From Peribacillus frigoritolerans (GTDB lineage Bacteria; Bacillota; Bacilli; Bacillales; Bacillaceae), in the NCBI RefSeq assembly GCF_004358755.1, contig NZ_SMZY01000001.1, positions 1,206,796-1,238,795 on the forward strand: a stretch of 32,000 bases of DNA, given 5' to 3'. Of this stretch, positions 1-8,147 are shown piece after piece. A model generated the notes under the pieces. The model was not told where the DNA came from. It made no database searches and was given only the letters and a program-made list of their open reading frames with translations. The position numbers and the translations under genes are program-made. Position 1 is the stretch's first letter, and the number at the start of each line of letters is the position of its first letter.

Positions 1-938
1 GAGGCATTGGGCTTGGCATCGGATATATTACCCCGGTTTCCTCGTTAGTAAAATGGTTTCCTGATAGAAGAGGTCTTGCTACGGGACTTGCCATCATGGG
101 CTTTGGATTTGCTTCTTTACTTGCAAGCCCTGTGATAGCATCGCTCATAGCAAGTGTCGGAATAGACAAGACTTTTTATATCCTTGGAACCGTCTATTTT
201 ATAATTATGATTTCATCATCCCTTTATCTTGCCCCTCCGCCTGAAGGATGGATGCCTGCAAATATGAAAGCGAATCAGCCGGAAGCAGAAACGGTAAAGA
301 GTGATTTATCCCAGCTTACAGCAAACGAAGCAGTCAAAACGCTCCGCTTTTGGGCTTTGTGGGCCATGCTCTTTATTAATGTTACCTGCGGAATTGCGAT
401 TATATCCGTGGCATCCCCGATGGCTCAGGATATTGCAGGATTAAGCGCAGCTGCAGCTGCAGCGATGGTAGGTATTATGGGGTTATTTAATGGATTTGGC
501 CGAATCGGCTGGGCATCTGTATCAGATTATATTGGCCGTCCAAACGTTTATACTGCATTCTTTGCCATTCAAACAGCTGCTTTTCTTTTGCTTCCAAGTG
601 TCACAAATGCCTTCCTGTTTCAGGCTCTAATCTTTTTAATTCTCACCTGTTACGGAGGAGGATTTGCTTCCATTCCAGCTTATATTGGCGATCTCTTCGG
701 CACCAAACAGCTGGGGGCTATTCACGGATACATTTTAACTGCATGGGCAGCGGCTGGACTTGCAGGACCGCTTGTTGTTTCTTGGATCAGAGAAACGACT
801 AACAGCTACTCATTGACACTGTCTATATTTGGAGGTGCTTTTGTAGCAGCACTGGTTATTTCATTACTTATTAGGATAAATATTAAAAATGTACGCAAAA
901 GAAGTCAGCAATCATCTTCAAACTCACTGACTTCATAA
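1..938 (+). CDS. MFS transporter, oxalate/formate antiporter (OFA)-like family; 5' end cut by the window edge
   Basis: The frame of track ORF 96..938 stays open back to base 3 (GIGLGIGYITPVSSLVKWFPDRRGLATGLAIMGFGF), a motif I associate with OFA-type MFS proteins. The rest is a run of hydrophobic helices. A hairpin plus T-run follows. Confidence 0.8.
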   Translation, partial: GIGLGIGYITPVSSLVKWFPDRRGLATGLAIMGFGFASLLASPVIASLIASVGIDKTFYILGTVYFIIMISSSLYLAPPPEGWMPANMKANQPEAETVKSDLSQLTANEAVKTLRFWALWAMLFINVTCGIAIISVASPMAQDIAGLSAAAAAAMVGIMGLFNGFGRIGWASVSDYIGRPNVYTAFFAIQTAAFLLLPSVTNAFLFQALIFLILTCYGGGFASIPAYIGDLFGTKQLGAIHGYILTAWAAAGLAGPLVVSWIRETTNSYSLTLSIFGGAFVAALVISLLIRINIKNVRKRSQQSSSNSLTS

Positions 939-957
939 ATAAATAATCAGCCGATGG

Positions 958-988
958 ACATTCTATTTGATAATAGAATGTTTTTTTG
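958..988 (+). terminator. Rho-independent terminator after the MFS gene
   Basis: Stem ACATTCTA (958-965) pairs with TAGAATGT (974-981), followed by a T7 run. Confidence 0.7.
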
Positions 989-1014
989 AGAATTAATTGG
1001 TAAAAAAGTAATAT
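986..1014 (+). promoter_or_regulatory. SigA-like promoter candidate for the small ORF 1082..1225
   Basis: TTGAGA (986-991), 17-nt spacer, TAATAT (1009-1014). Motif match only. Confidence 0.3.
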
Positions 1015-1081
1015 TTTTAAGGTAATATCACCTAATAATTAGTATAATATACTTAATATGGATCGGGAGGTGAACATGTAA

Positions 1082-1225
1082 ATGGAGCAAAAGCCATTGC
1101 ACTATGACGGGAGTGTTCAAGCAGAGGTTGATAATCAGCAGACATCATCTGAACCCTTGAAAATAACAGATGAAATGAGAAAAAATATAGGCAGCAATCC
1201 ATATTTTGTTGAAATAAATGAATAA
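1082..1225 (+). CDS. Small hypothetical protein (47 aa), absent from the supplied track
   Basis: MEQKPLHYDGSVQAEVDNQQTSSEPLKITDEMRKNIGSNPYFVEINE. GGGAGGTG lies 9 nt upstream, a promoter-like motif lies further upstream, and its own hairpin plus T-run lies downstream. No family recognised. Confidence 0.35.
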   Translation: MEQKPLHYDGSVQAEVDNQQTSSEPLKITDEMRKNIGSNPYFVEINE

Positions 1226-1235
1226 TCAATAGGCG

Positions 1236-1260
1236 GCCTCTAATTTAAAGAGGCTTTTTT
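1236..1260. terminator. Hairpin terminator between convergent genes
   Basis: GCCTCT (1236-1241) pairs with AGAGGC (1249-1254), followed by T6 on the + strand. It sits 11 nt after the small ORF and 16 nt beyond the stop of the minus-strand gene. Confidence 0.6.
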
Positions 1261-1275
1261 ACTTGTCAATTTATC

Positions 1276-2073
1276 TTATCTCCTCCCTTTGGAACGAATA
1301 ACTATAAACGTTTCTTCATCCTCATCATCTTCATATTTATAGGAATCATGATATTTTGCTTTTTCAGGAACTTGTTCCTTTACCCTCTCTGGAGTGAGTC
1401 TTTTTTCCTTTTCTCCTATCACTGGTTTTTCCTGTTTTTCTTGTTTCTTTTCCTTTTTTTCTAATTCTTGTTTTTCCTTTTTATCTTCCTTTGTTGCTTT
1501 AGCAGGCTCTTTTTTGTCTTCTTTCAGTTCTTTAAGCGAATCTTTTATTTGTTTTTCCTCTTCCTTTAATTTTTTTTCTTTCTTGACTTCCTTAAGAGAT
1601 TCTTCCACAGACTTTACCGCTTCAACATTTTCTTCTTTTAAAACTTCATGCTCAATTTGTGTACACTCTTCATGTCTACTGGGTTCTTCATCAGAATAGA
1701 GACATTTCTCATCTTCATATTCATCTGTACAGTAATCTTGATGAGAATGAATTTGTTCATCGACACACTTGCATTCAGTATCAAAAAAAATGACTTCACA
1801 ATGTTCCTTGACTTCTTCTAGGAGCATTTCTACAAGAACCTCTTTATTCATAGCCAGTTTCAATGTATTGTTTAAATCCTTTTTTAAATGAATCAGAAAT
1901 TCAGATGAAACAGCATTTTTTATTTCTTTCATTGCAATGAGCTCTTCATAGATCGCTTCAGATAAAGCATGATTTAAAGTTAAAACCGATTCAAGGAACC
2001 TATTAATGTCCCGGCATTTACAGTTGTCACAGGCTCCCGTGCAGCATTCTTTTCCATTGTTATAAGAAGACAC
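1276..2073 (-). CDS. Bipartite low-complexity protein with a Cys-rich N-terminal half and a Glu/Lys-rich C-terminal half; candidate spore coat/exosporium protein
   Basis: GTG start with GGGGGA 5 nt upstream. N-terminus reads KECCTGACDNCKC, with further ECKC and C-containing acidic stretches. The C-terminal 120 aa or so are almost only K/E (KEVKKEKKLKEEEKQIKD...). Function is inferred from composition and neighbours only. Confidence 0.6.
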   Translation of the reverse strand: MSSYNNGKECCTGACDNCKCRDINRFLESVLTLNHALSEAIYEELIAMKEIKNAVSSEFLIHLKKDLNNTLKLAMNKEVLVEMLLEEVKEHCEVIFFDTECKCVDEQIHSHQDYCTDEYEDEKCLYSDEEPSRHEECTQIEHEVLKEENVEAVKSVEESLKEVKKEKKLKEEEKQIKDSLKELKEDKKEPAKATKEDKKEKQELEKKEKKQEKQEKPVIGEKEKRLTPERVKEQVPEKAKYHDSYKYEDDEDEETFIVIRSKGRR

Positions 2074-2389
2074 AATAATCCCCCTTCATATAAGTTTTTC
2101 TGAAAATAGACTATGCAATAAAAATCTGATTGGATTGGATAATTGGAATTTGATGATGAAAATAGGCACATTGCATATGCAGAGAGGAAAGTGTGAAGGT
2201 GTAATTAAAAAGGGCTTATTATTTTTGATATTTGTTTAAAAAAGGCGAATGCACTGAATAAAATGCCGTCTCAATGAGGTTCATATTTGCATTATCTATA
2301 CAAGGACGAAGATAAAGCGAACAATTATTGACAAAATCTATGCTTTACGCTTTTTCTTTGTCCAAAAAAATATTAGGAGGAATAAATAG

Positions 2390-3199
2390 ATGTCTGTAAA
2401 TCCGTTCAGAAGAACAACATCTACAAATCATTGTGACGCTACAAACGTCAGACCAAATCCAATTCCAGCATCGCCGGATCCAATTATTAAGGTTCCAGTG
2501 TTGCTGAATGAAGTATCTGTGCAAATTCCAATGCATGCAGAAATTGAATTTCCAGCAGGTGAACGCGTTTTAGAAATCAAAACAATCAAAAAACGCACGT
2601 ATGTAACACAATGCCGTCTTGTTAACCGTGCTCCTGCCCCTGGCGACACACTTGCTAATTACAGAGCAAAACTTTTCCTTAGCGGTTTTGTGCGCAAAAA
2701 CATTCAATACGCTTCAAATCCAGTTGCAGATGCTGCTGGTGAAATTTTATCAAGAATCAATTCATTAACTGTTGAAGTTCCATTCGACTGTGTAGCAGAA
2801 ATTACAAATTTCAGAAATTTCCCTGTTGGACCATTCACTGATTCTCGCGATGAATTTGGTTATTTAATCTCTCAGCAGCTTCCAAATGACAGAAGCTTTG
2901 CTGCAAAAGACCGTTTAGATGGTACAGATCTTTCTCAGTTCCATCAAATCAGTACAGAATTCTACAACGAATTGCCTTTCTGTGAACTGATCAGAGCTGA
3001 TATCATTGAATTCGATGAGTCTTTAGACCGAGTTCCATTCCCTGCAGCTGGTGGTACAGGAGAACAAGAAATCGTAGGCGAAGGTACATTCACACGCCTT
3101 TCTGAAAAAATGGTATTAGACTTAACACTAAAACTATTGCAAAAACAACAAGTCAGAGTTGATTCTTTAGGGCCAGCACCAGGTGGACTCGAAGGCTAA
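2390..3199 (+). CDS. Beta-rich protein, paralog A of a duplicated pair; possibly DUF3794/SPOCS-like, candidate spore coat protein
   Basis: AGGAGG lies 9 nt upstream of the ATG. Long blocks are shared with ORF 3411..4385 (VPVLLxEV, LEIKxIKKR, TQCRLxNR, LFLSGFVRKNIQYASNP, SLTVEVPFDCVAEI, SQFHQISTE, PFCELxxADIIEFDE, SEKMxLDxTLKLLQxQQ). The family name is from memory and is unverified. Confidence 0.75.
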   Translation: MSVNPFRRTTSTNHCDATNVRPNPIPASPDPIIKVPVLLNEVSVQIPMHAEIEFPAGERVLEIKTIKKRTYVTQCRLVNRAPAPGDTLANYRAKLFLSGFVRKNIQYASNPVADAAGEILSRINSLTVEVPFDCVAEITNFRNFPVGPFTDSRDEFGYLISQQLPNDRSFAAKDRLDGTDLSQFHQISTEFYNELPFCELIRADIIEFDESLDRVPFPAAGGTGEQEIVGEGTFTRLSEKMVLDLTLKLLQKQQVRVDSLGPAPGGLEG

Positions 3200-3228
3200 T
3201 CAGCAAACATCAGTAAATAATGGGTTTG

Positions 3229-3260
3229 GGCTGTCGGGTATTACCCGGCAGTCTTTTTTT
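3229..3260 (+). terminator. Rho-independent terminator after paralog A
   Basis: CTGTCGGG (3231-3238) pairs with CCCGGCAG (3244-3251) with one G.U pair, followed by a T-run. Confidence 0.7.
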
Positions 3261-3351
3261 GGTACATAAATTGTTACACATCATATTTTATTGTATTGAA
3301 ATTACTAAGTGTGCACCCAAAAATAGACTTGTATCTATTTTTCGAGTCCAA

Positions 3352-3378
3352 ACAGGCGAATGCCTTTTGCATATGATA
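3352..3378 (+). promoter_or_regulatory. SigK-type (late mother-cell) promoter candidate for paralog B
   Basis: AC (3352-3353), 16-nt spacer, CATATGATA (3370-3378). This fits the published AC-16/17-CATAnnnTA pattern and lies 33 nt before the ATG. It is a short motif, so a chance match is possible. Confidence 0.35.
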
Positions 3379-3410
3379 AATTGCACAAAAACTTAAGGAG
3401 GAATCACTAA

Positions 3411-4385
3411 ATGTCTGTTGAGCCATTTCCGAGAAGCACTTCCATGCAGCACTGTAAAGCAACGATCGTAGATCCATCAGCAACTCCCTCAACTGGTATC
3501 ATTATCAAAGTACCAGTCTTGCTGCAGGAAGTCCGAATAGAAATTCCAGTACATGCTAAAATCACTTTTCCTAAAGGAGAAAAAGTTCTTGAAATTAAAG
3601 AAATTAAAAAAAGGGTTTTCTTAACACAGTGCCGCCTTATTAACCGCGAGGGTGCAGCCTCAGGCCAGCTATTTTTGAGCGGGTTCGTTCGCAAGAATAT
3701 TCAATATGCCTCAAATCCAAAAGAGGAATGCAAAGGATCTGTTTTATCTTCTATTAAATCACTGACTGTTGAGGTGCCGTTTGATTGTGTTGCTGAAATT
3801 GAACGTTTTCTTACTCCTCCAGTAGGTCCTGTAAGTGATACGAAAGAAGAGTTCGGTTTTTTTATTGCACAACCGTTAGGAATTGGTTTTCCTGAAAAGG
3901 ATCAATTATTGTCGAATGACATTTCTCAATTCCATCAAATAAGCACGGAACATTTTAATGAAATGCCTTTTTGTGAACTCGTTAAGGCTGACATTATTGA
4001 ATTTGATGAAGCACTGAACCGCAGCATCAAGAAAGAAGAGTGCATGTGTATTGAAAGCTGTGAAGAAAAAGAGATCATTCTTGAAATTCCGCTTGAAGAC
4101 TACATGGAACTGTGCAGGGAAGAAGATGGATGTGAATGTGAAGAATGTAAAAAGGAGCATGAATTTAAGCATTCAAGCTCGTCTAAACGAAAATCGTTTA
4201 AAGAACTATCTGACAAACTCAGTATGGAAATCATGGCATATGAAGAAGATTTTGAAAAGAAAGATGTCAAAAAAGATCATCGAAAAAAAGACGCAAAGAT
4301 TGAAACCTTTACTGAATTATCAGAGAAAATGATCCTGGATATTACACTTAAGCTGCTTCAAAGGCAGCAAATACGCCTAGGGTGA
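3411..4385 (+). CDS. Beta-rich protein, paralog B, carrying a Cys/Glu/Lys-rich insertion of about 94 aa; candidate spore coat protein
   Basis: AAGGAGG lies 9 nt upstream. It is collinear with 2390..3199 except for residues 205-298 or so (nt 4023-4304): SIKKEECMCIESCEEKE...CREEDGCECEECKKEHEFKH...KKDVKKDHRKKDAKIE. Confidence 0.75.
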   Translation: MSVEPFPRSTSMQHCKATIVDPSATPSTGIIIKVPVLLQEVRIEIPVHAKITFPKGEKVLEIKEIKKRVFLTQCRLINREGAASGQLFLSGFVRKNIQYASNPKEECKGSVLSSIKSLTVEVPFDCVAEIERFLTPPVGPVSDTKEEFGFFIAQPLGIGFPEKDQLLSNDISQFHQISTEHFNEMPFCELVKADIIEFDEALNRSIKKEECMCIESCEEKEIILEIPLEDYMELCREEDGCECEECKKEHEFKHSSSSKRKSFKELSDKLSMEIMAYEEDFEKKDVKKDHRKKDAKIETFTELSEKMILDITLKLLQRQQIRLG

Positions 4386-4398
4386 ATTTCACACTACC

Positions 4399-4430
4399 AA
4401 AGCACCTATAACAGGGTGCTTTCATTTTTT
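4399..4430 (+). terminator. Rho-independent terminator after paralog B
   Basis: AAAGCACC pairs with GGTGCTTT, with a T6 run shortly after. Confidence 0.65.
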
Positions 4431-4710
4431 GCGTAAAAATTAGCTAATTACATAGGATTCTATGAAAATTGGATGAATGAATCACTTCATCTAACCATAC
4501 GAAAAAAATATTTCTTAATAAGATAGTATAAGGGATCAGTCACAGATTACATGATTCTTTCTTTGCAAGATTTGAATGAGATATCCGGCAGCTATGTGCA
4601 GCGATCGTGATACGTTTGTCTGATAGATCAAGACGTCTTCTTGCAGGGTTGGATTTATTATCTAATGATGACTGCACCTTTAGTATGGATTGATGAAAGA
4701 GGTGAAAAAT

Positions 4711-5253
4711 ATGTGCCAGAAACATGTTGAAGTTCGTTTAATCTGCAAGCGTGTTAAACATTCGGGCGAACACTGTCCATGTGACCATTGCAAAAAACAC
4801 GAAGAAAAATGGATCTGTAAATGCGTCAAAGTTTGTGATGAGTGGAAGAAAGAAGAAAAGCACCATTGCGGATGTGATCACTGGAAAAAAGAAGAAAAGC
4901 ACCATTGCGAGTGTGGTTGCTGGAAACAAGAAGAAAAGCATCATTGCAGGTGTGAGTACTGGAAAAAAGAAGAAAAGTACCATTGCGAGTGTGATCACTG
5001 TAAGAAAGAAGAAAAGAATCATTGCAGGTGTGACGATTGGAAAAAAGAAGAGAAGCACCATTGCGAGTGTGATCACTGTAAGAAAGAAGAAAAGCACCAT
5101 TGCATGTGTGATAAGTGCAAGAAAAAAGAGAAGCACCATTGTAAGTGTGATAAATGCAAGAAGAAAGAGAAACACCATTGTAAATGTGATAAATGCAAGA
5201 AAAAAGAGAAACATCACTGCAAATGTGACAAATGCAAAAAGAAGCATAACTAA
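4711..5253 (+). CDS. Cys/His/Lys/Glu tandem-repeat protein (about 180 aa; 13-aa HHCxCD-type repeats); candidate metal-binding or disulfide-crosslinked spore surface protein
   Basis: The track ORF starts at TTG 4690, but ATG 4711 has AAGAGGTG 6 nt upstream. The protein is essentially CDxW/CKKEEKHHCx repeated 10.7 times. No Ser or Thr occurs in the repeats. Confidence 0.7.
   Translation: MCQKHVEVRLICKRVKHSGEHCPCDHCKKHEEKWICKCVKVCDEWKKEEKHHCGCDHWKKEEKHHCECGCWKQEEKHHCRCEYWKKEEKYHCECDHCKKEEKNHCRCDDWKKEEKHHCECDHCKKEEKHHCMCDKCKKKEKHHCKCDKCKKKEKHHCKCDKCKKKEKHHCKCDKCKKKHN
4834..5253 (+). repeat. In-frame 39-nt tandem repeat, 10 full copies plus one truncated copy
   Basis: Units begin with TGTGA at 4834, 4873, 4912, 4951, 4990, 5029, 5068, 5107, 5146, 5185 and 5224, an exact 39-nt spacing read from the sequence. 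Confidence 0.95.
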
Positions 5254-5333
5254 AACTAATGACAATTTAATCGCTAAGCTGCTTATTACGAATTGGGTGC
5301 AGCTTGTTTGACCTTTAACTTGCGATATTTTTT

Positions 5334-5362
5334 AAGACTTGTGTAAAAGCAAGTCTTTTTAT
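5334..5362 (+). terminator. Rho-independent terminator after the repeat-protein gene
   Basis: AAGACTTG (5334-5341) pairs with CAAGTCTT (5350-5357), followed by a T-run. Confidence 0.7.
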
Positions 5363-5446
5363 TTAGATACAAAAGCAGATGGAATATTTTATAGGAAGTT
5401 GTAAAAATTAAAGGAAACACACCTGCCTTAGCCCTGAGGTGAAAAT

Positions 5447-7117
5447 ATGGAACAAAAAAGGCAATTTGATCACATTTTAATCTATTTATGTATACTGGCC
5501 ATCGCTTTATATGTAGCACCGCTTTTTATCCTTAATGAAAATGCGCACATCCGCGTTCATGATAATCTGGATTCTAATCTTGCCTGGTATAAAGTGCTGA
5601 CGGAAAATGGGTACCTTTTAAGCGGGCTGAATGAAACTTTGCCGCAAATTATAAACGGACTGCCCAGAAATGCTCTTGGTTCTGAATGGAATCTTCAAAT
5701 CTGGCTGTACAATTGGTTCCCGACAATGACAGCTTATGCATTCTCTCAATCAATCACAAGAATTTTTGCCTTTTTGGGCATGTATCTTCTCTTGAAGGAC
5801 CATTTCCTTAAAGAAAGACAATATTGGTTTATTACTGCAGGAACAGCCTTAACATTTGCCCTGACCCCTTTCTGGCCCCAGGGAATGCTCAGCACACTGG
5901 GAATGCCTCTTGCTTTATGGGCATTTTTAAATATCAGAAATGGAAATCGTTATTGGCTCAGTATGGCAGTCTTAACTTTGCTCCCTTTTTACTCAAGCTT
6001 TGTTTTAGGTTTTTTCTTTTTTTTAACTGCTATAGGCATGTTATGGATCATGGATGTGATGAAAAAAAAGAAGTGGAATCTGCCTTTTTTGATTTCCGTC
6101 GGATACATGATAGTTGTCTATTGTATAGTTGAATATCGGTTAATCTATTCCTTTTTATTCTCATCTGAACCAAATAGCCGTGATGAGTACTTTCATGCGA
6201 GGCTGCCATTATGGCGGGTCATAAGGCTTACATTTAAGAACTTTGTATTAGGACATACACATGTCATGACCGTTCATGGCTTGATTATCCTGCCTGTCAC
6301 TCTGTTTGCTCTATACATAATGATCCGAAAAGGAAGATGGAAAACAGAAAAACCGTTTGTTTTTTTATTCATTTTAAATTTTTGTTTATCAGCCTGGTAT
6401 GCTTTCTGGTTTTATAAGGGCTGGCTTCCTTTAACGGAACGTTTTCATTTCTTGGATACCTTTAACTTTGCAAGATTCCACTTCTTGCGGCCTATCATTA
6501 TTTATTTGGGTTTTGCTTTGGGGTTAAAGATTTTATACAGTGAATTCCCCAAAAAGGGGGTAATCTGGGCGTGTATTCTAGCTCAAGTAATAGTGCTCGG
6601 CCTCTTTAATGATGAAATTATCTATCAAAAGAAACCATCTGTAAAAGAGTTTTATGCAGAGGAACAGTTTGCAGAAATTAAAGATCATATCGGCAAGCCA
6701 GTTGAGGATTATAGGGTTGCAAGCCTCGGACTGCATCCTGCCATCGCTCAATATAATGGATTCTATACTCTCGATACGTATAACAACTTTTACCCGCTCT
6801 CGTATAAATACCAATTTCGGAAAATCATCGAAAAGGAACTCAGTAAAAATAAAAGACTGCGGATTTATTTTGATGAGTGGGGAGGAAGATGCTATCTCTT
6901 TAGCAGCGAGCTTGGGAAAAAGTATATGTTTCCTAAAGATTCAACTAATCGAATTATGGATTTTGATCTGAATACGATACCATTTAAAGAAATGGGCGGT
7001 GAGTATATTTTTTCAAGCTTGCCGATTGAACAGCCGGAAAAGAACCATTTATTCCTGGATAAAGTATTTCATTCCGAGGAATCGGCTTGGAAAATTTATC
7101 TCTATAAGGCCAAATAA
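5447..7117 (+). CDS. Polytopic membrane protein (556 aa); candidate GtrC/GT-C-type glycosyltransferase, resembling my memory of the DUF6044 family
   Basis: GAGGTG lies 5 nt upstream. It has many hydrophobic helices in the N-terminal 400 aa or so and a soluble C-terminal domain. It sits directly upstream of GT2 and GtrA genes. Function is inferred from topology and context. Confidence 0.6.
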   Translation: MEQKRQFDHILIYLCILAIALYVAPLFILNENAHIRVHDNLDSNLAWYKVLTENGYLLSGLNETLPQIINGLPRNALGSEWNLQIWLYNWFPTMTAYAFSQSITRIFAFLGMYLLLKDHFLKERQYWFITAGTALTFALTPFWPQGMLSTLGMPLALWAFLNIRNGNRYWLSMAVLTLLPFYSSFVLGFFFFLTAIGMLWIMDVMKKKKWNLPFLISVGYMIVVYCIVEYRLIYSFLFSSEPNSRDEYFHARLPLWRVIRLTFKNFVLGHTHVMTVHGLIILPVTLFALYIMIRKGRWKTEKPFVFLFILNFCLSAWYAFWFYKGWLPLTERFHFLDTFNFARFHFLRPIIIYLGFALGLKILYSEFPKKGVIWACILAQVIVLGLFNDEIIYQKKPSVKEFYAEEQFAEIKDHIGKPVEDYRVASLGLHPAIAQYNGFYTLDTYNNFYPLSYKYQFRKIIEKELSKNKRLRIYFDEWGGRCYLFSSELGKKYMFPKDSTNRIMDFDLNTIPFKEMGGEYIFSSLPIEQPEKNHLFLDKVFHSEESAWKIYLYKAK

Positions 7118-7139
7118 ACAGCACGGGAGACTCTACATT

Positions 7140-8147
7140 ATGAATGCACCTACTTTAACTATTGTAGTTCCATGTTATAACGAAGAAGAAATTCTTCCTC
7201 ATACGATTCATAATCTCAGTCAAGTTCTTGAAAATTTGGTAACAGAAAAGAAAGTATCATTAAAAAGCAGGGTCCTGTTCATTGATGACGGCAGCAAAGA
7301 CTCTACCTGGTCAATTATAAATAAAGCATGCCTGAATATGAAAAGAGTGGCAGGATTAAAATTATCAAGAAATGCAGGGCATCAAAATGCATTGCTTGCC
7401 GGGATGTTCACAGCCCAAGAAGGATCTGACTGTATGATCACGATTGATGCCGATCTGCAGGATGACGTCACAGTCATTCATGAGTTTATAGACACCTATC
7501 AAAAAGGATTTGAAATTGTTTACGGAGTCAGAAAGAAAAGAGGAACAGATACTCTTTTTAAACGCAAATCGGCGGAATGGTTTTATAAAATAATGAAAAA
7601 GCTTGGAGTCGAGCTTATCTACAATCATGCGGATTATCGGCTGATGAGCAAGCGGGCCGTACAAGAATTAAAAGGATTTGATGAGGCTAATTTGTTCCTA
7701 AGGGGCATTGTTCCGCTAATTGGATTTAAATCAGCCAAGGTCTATTATGACCGGAAAGAAAGGCTTGCAGGGCAAACCAAGTATCCACTAAGCAAAATGC
7801 TGTCATTTGCGTTTGATGGCATTACATCCTTTTCAGTAACACCAATTCGCTTTGTCTTATCAATGGGTTTGATTACTTTCCTTATCAGTCTTTTGTTCGG
7901 CATTTATTGCCTGACGATGAAATATCTCGGCCGGACACAAACAGGATGGACATCATTAATAGCCTCTATATGGTTAATAGGAGGACTGCAGATGATTGCC
8001 ACAGGATTAGTGGGGGAGTATATAGGTAAAGTATACAAAGAAACAAAAAGACGCCCTAAATATATTGTCGATATTGATTTATTCAATCTTCCGATTCTAA
8101 AAAACAATATTCAGGAAGAAGATTTTCGCTATGAGATCAGAAGGTAA
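7140..8147 (+). CDS. Family-2 glycosyltransferase, GtrB/CsbB-like polyprenol-phosphate sugar synthase
   Basis: MNAPTLTIVVPCYNEEE...FIDDGSKD...ITIDADLQD, with two C-terminal TM helices, which is typical GtrB/DPM1-like architecture. GGGAGA lies 9 nt before ATG 7140. The track's 6999 start would overlap the upstream gene by 119 nt and is unlikely. Confidence 0.85.
   Translation: MNAPTLTIVVPCYNEEEILPHTIHNLSQVLENLVTEKKVSLKSRVLFIDDGSKDSTWSIINKACLNMKRVAGLKLSRNAGHQNALLAGMFTAQEGSDCMITIDADLQDDVTVIHEFIDTYQKGFEIVYGVRKKRGTDTLFKRKSAEWFYKIMKKLGVELIYNHADYRLMSKRAVQELKGFDEANLFLRGIVPLIGFKSAKVYYDRKERLAGQTKYPLSKMLSFAFDGITSFSVTPIRFVLSMGLITFLISLLFGIYCLTMKYLGRTQTGWTSLIASIWLIGGLQMIATGLVGEYIGKVYKETKRRPKYIVDIDLFNLPILKNNIQEEDFRYEIRR

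Noticed and set aside
1394-1699. Plus-strand 101-aa ORF rich in Ser/Phe, lying inside gene 1276..2073.
   Set aside because: It is the antisense reading of the Lys/Glu-rich (AAG/GAA) repeat region, has no RBS, and is fully embedded in a better-supported gene.
2281-2310. Possible SigE-type promoter (TCATATT ... ATACAAG) upstream of paralog A.
   Set aside because: The spacing between the two elements is about 10 nt, well short of the spacing expected for SigE promoters. Only the individual hexamers resemble the consensus.
4738-5311. ORFs 4738..5265 (minus strand, 175 aa) and 4751..5311 (plus strand, alternative frame, 186 aa) overlapping the Cys/His repeat gene.
   Set aside because: The 39-nt repeat lacks stop codons in several frames. 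Neither ORF has an RBS, and their products are monotonous artefactual repeats (LFFF.. and KKKSTIA..). The frame starting at 4711 has the RBS and the terminator.
6999-7139. N-terminal extension of the GT2 gene suggested by track ORF 6999..8147.
   Set aside because: It would overlap the upstream gene by 119 nt, and the extension (MSIFFQACRLNSRKRT...) is out-of-frame reading of that gene. ATG 7140 has GGGAGA at proper spacing and gives the canonical GT2 N-terminus.
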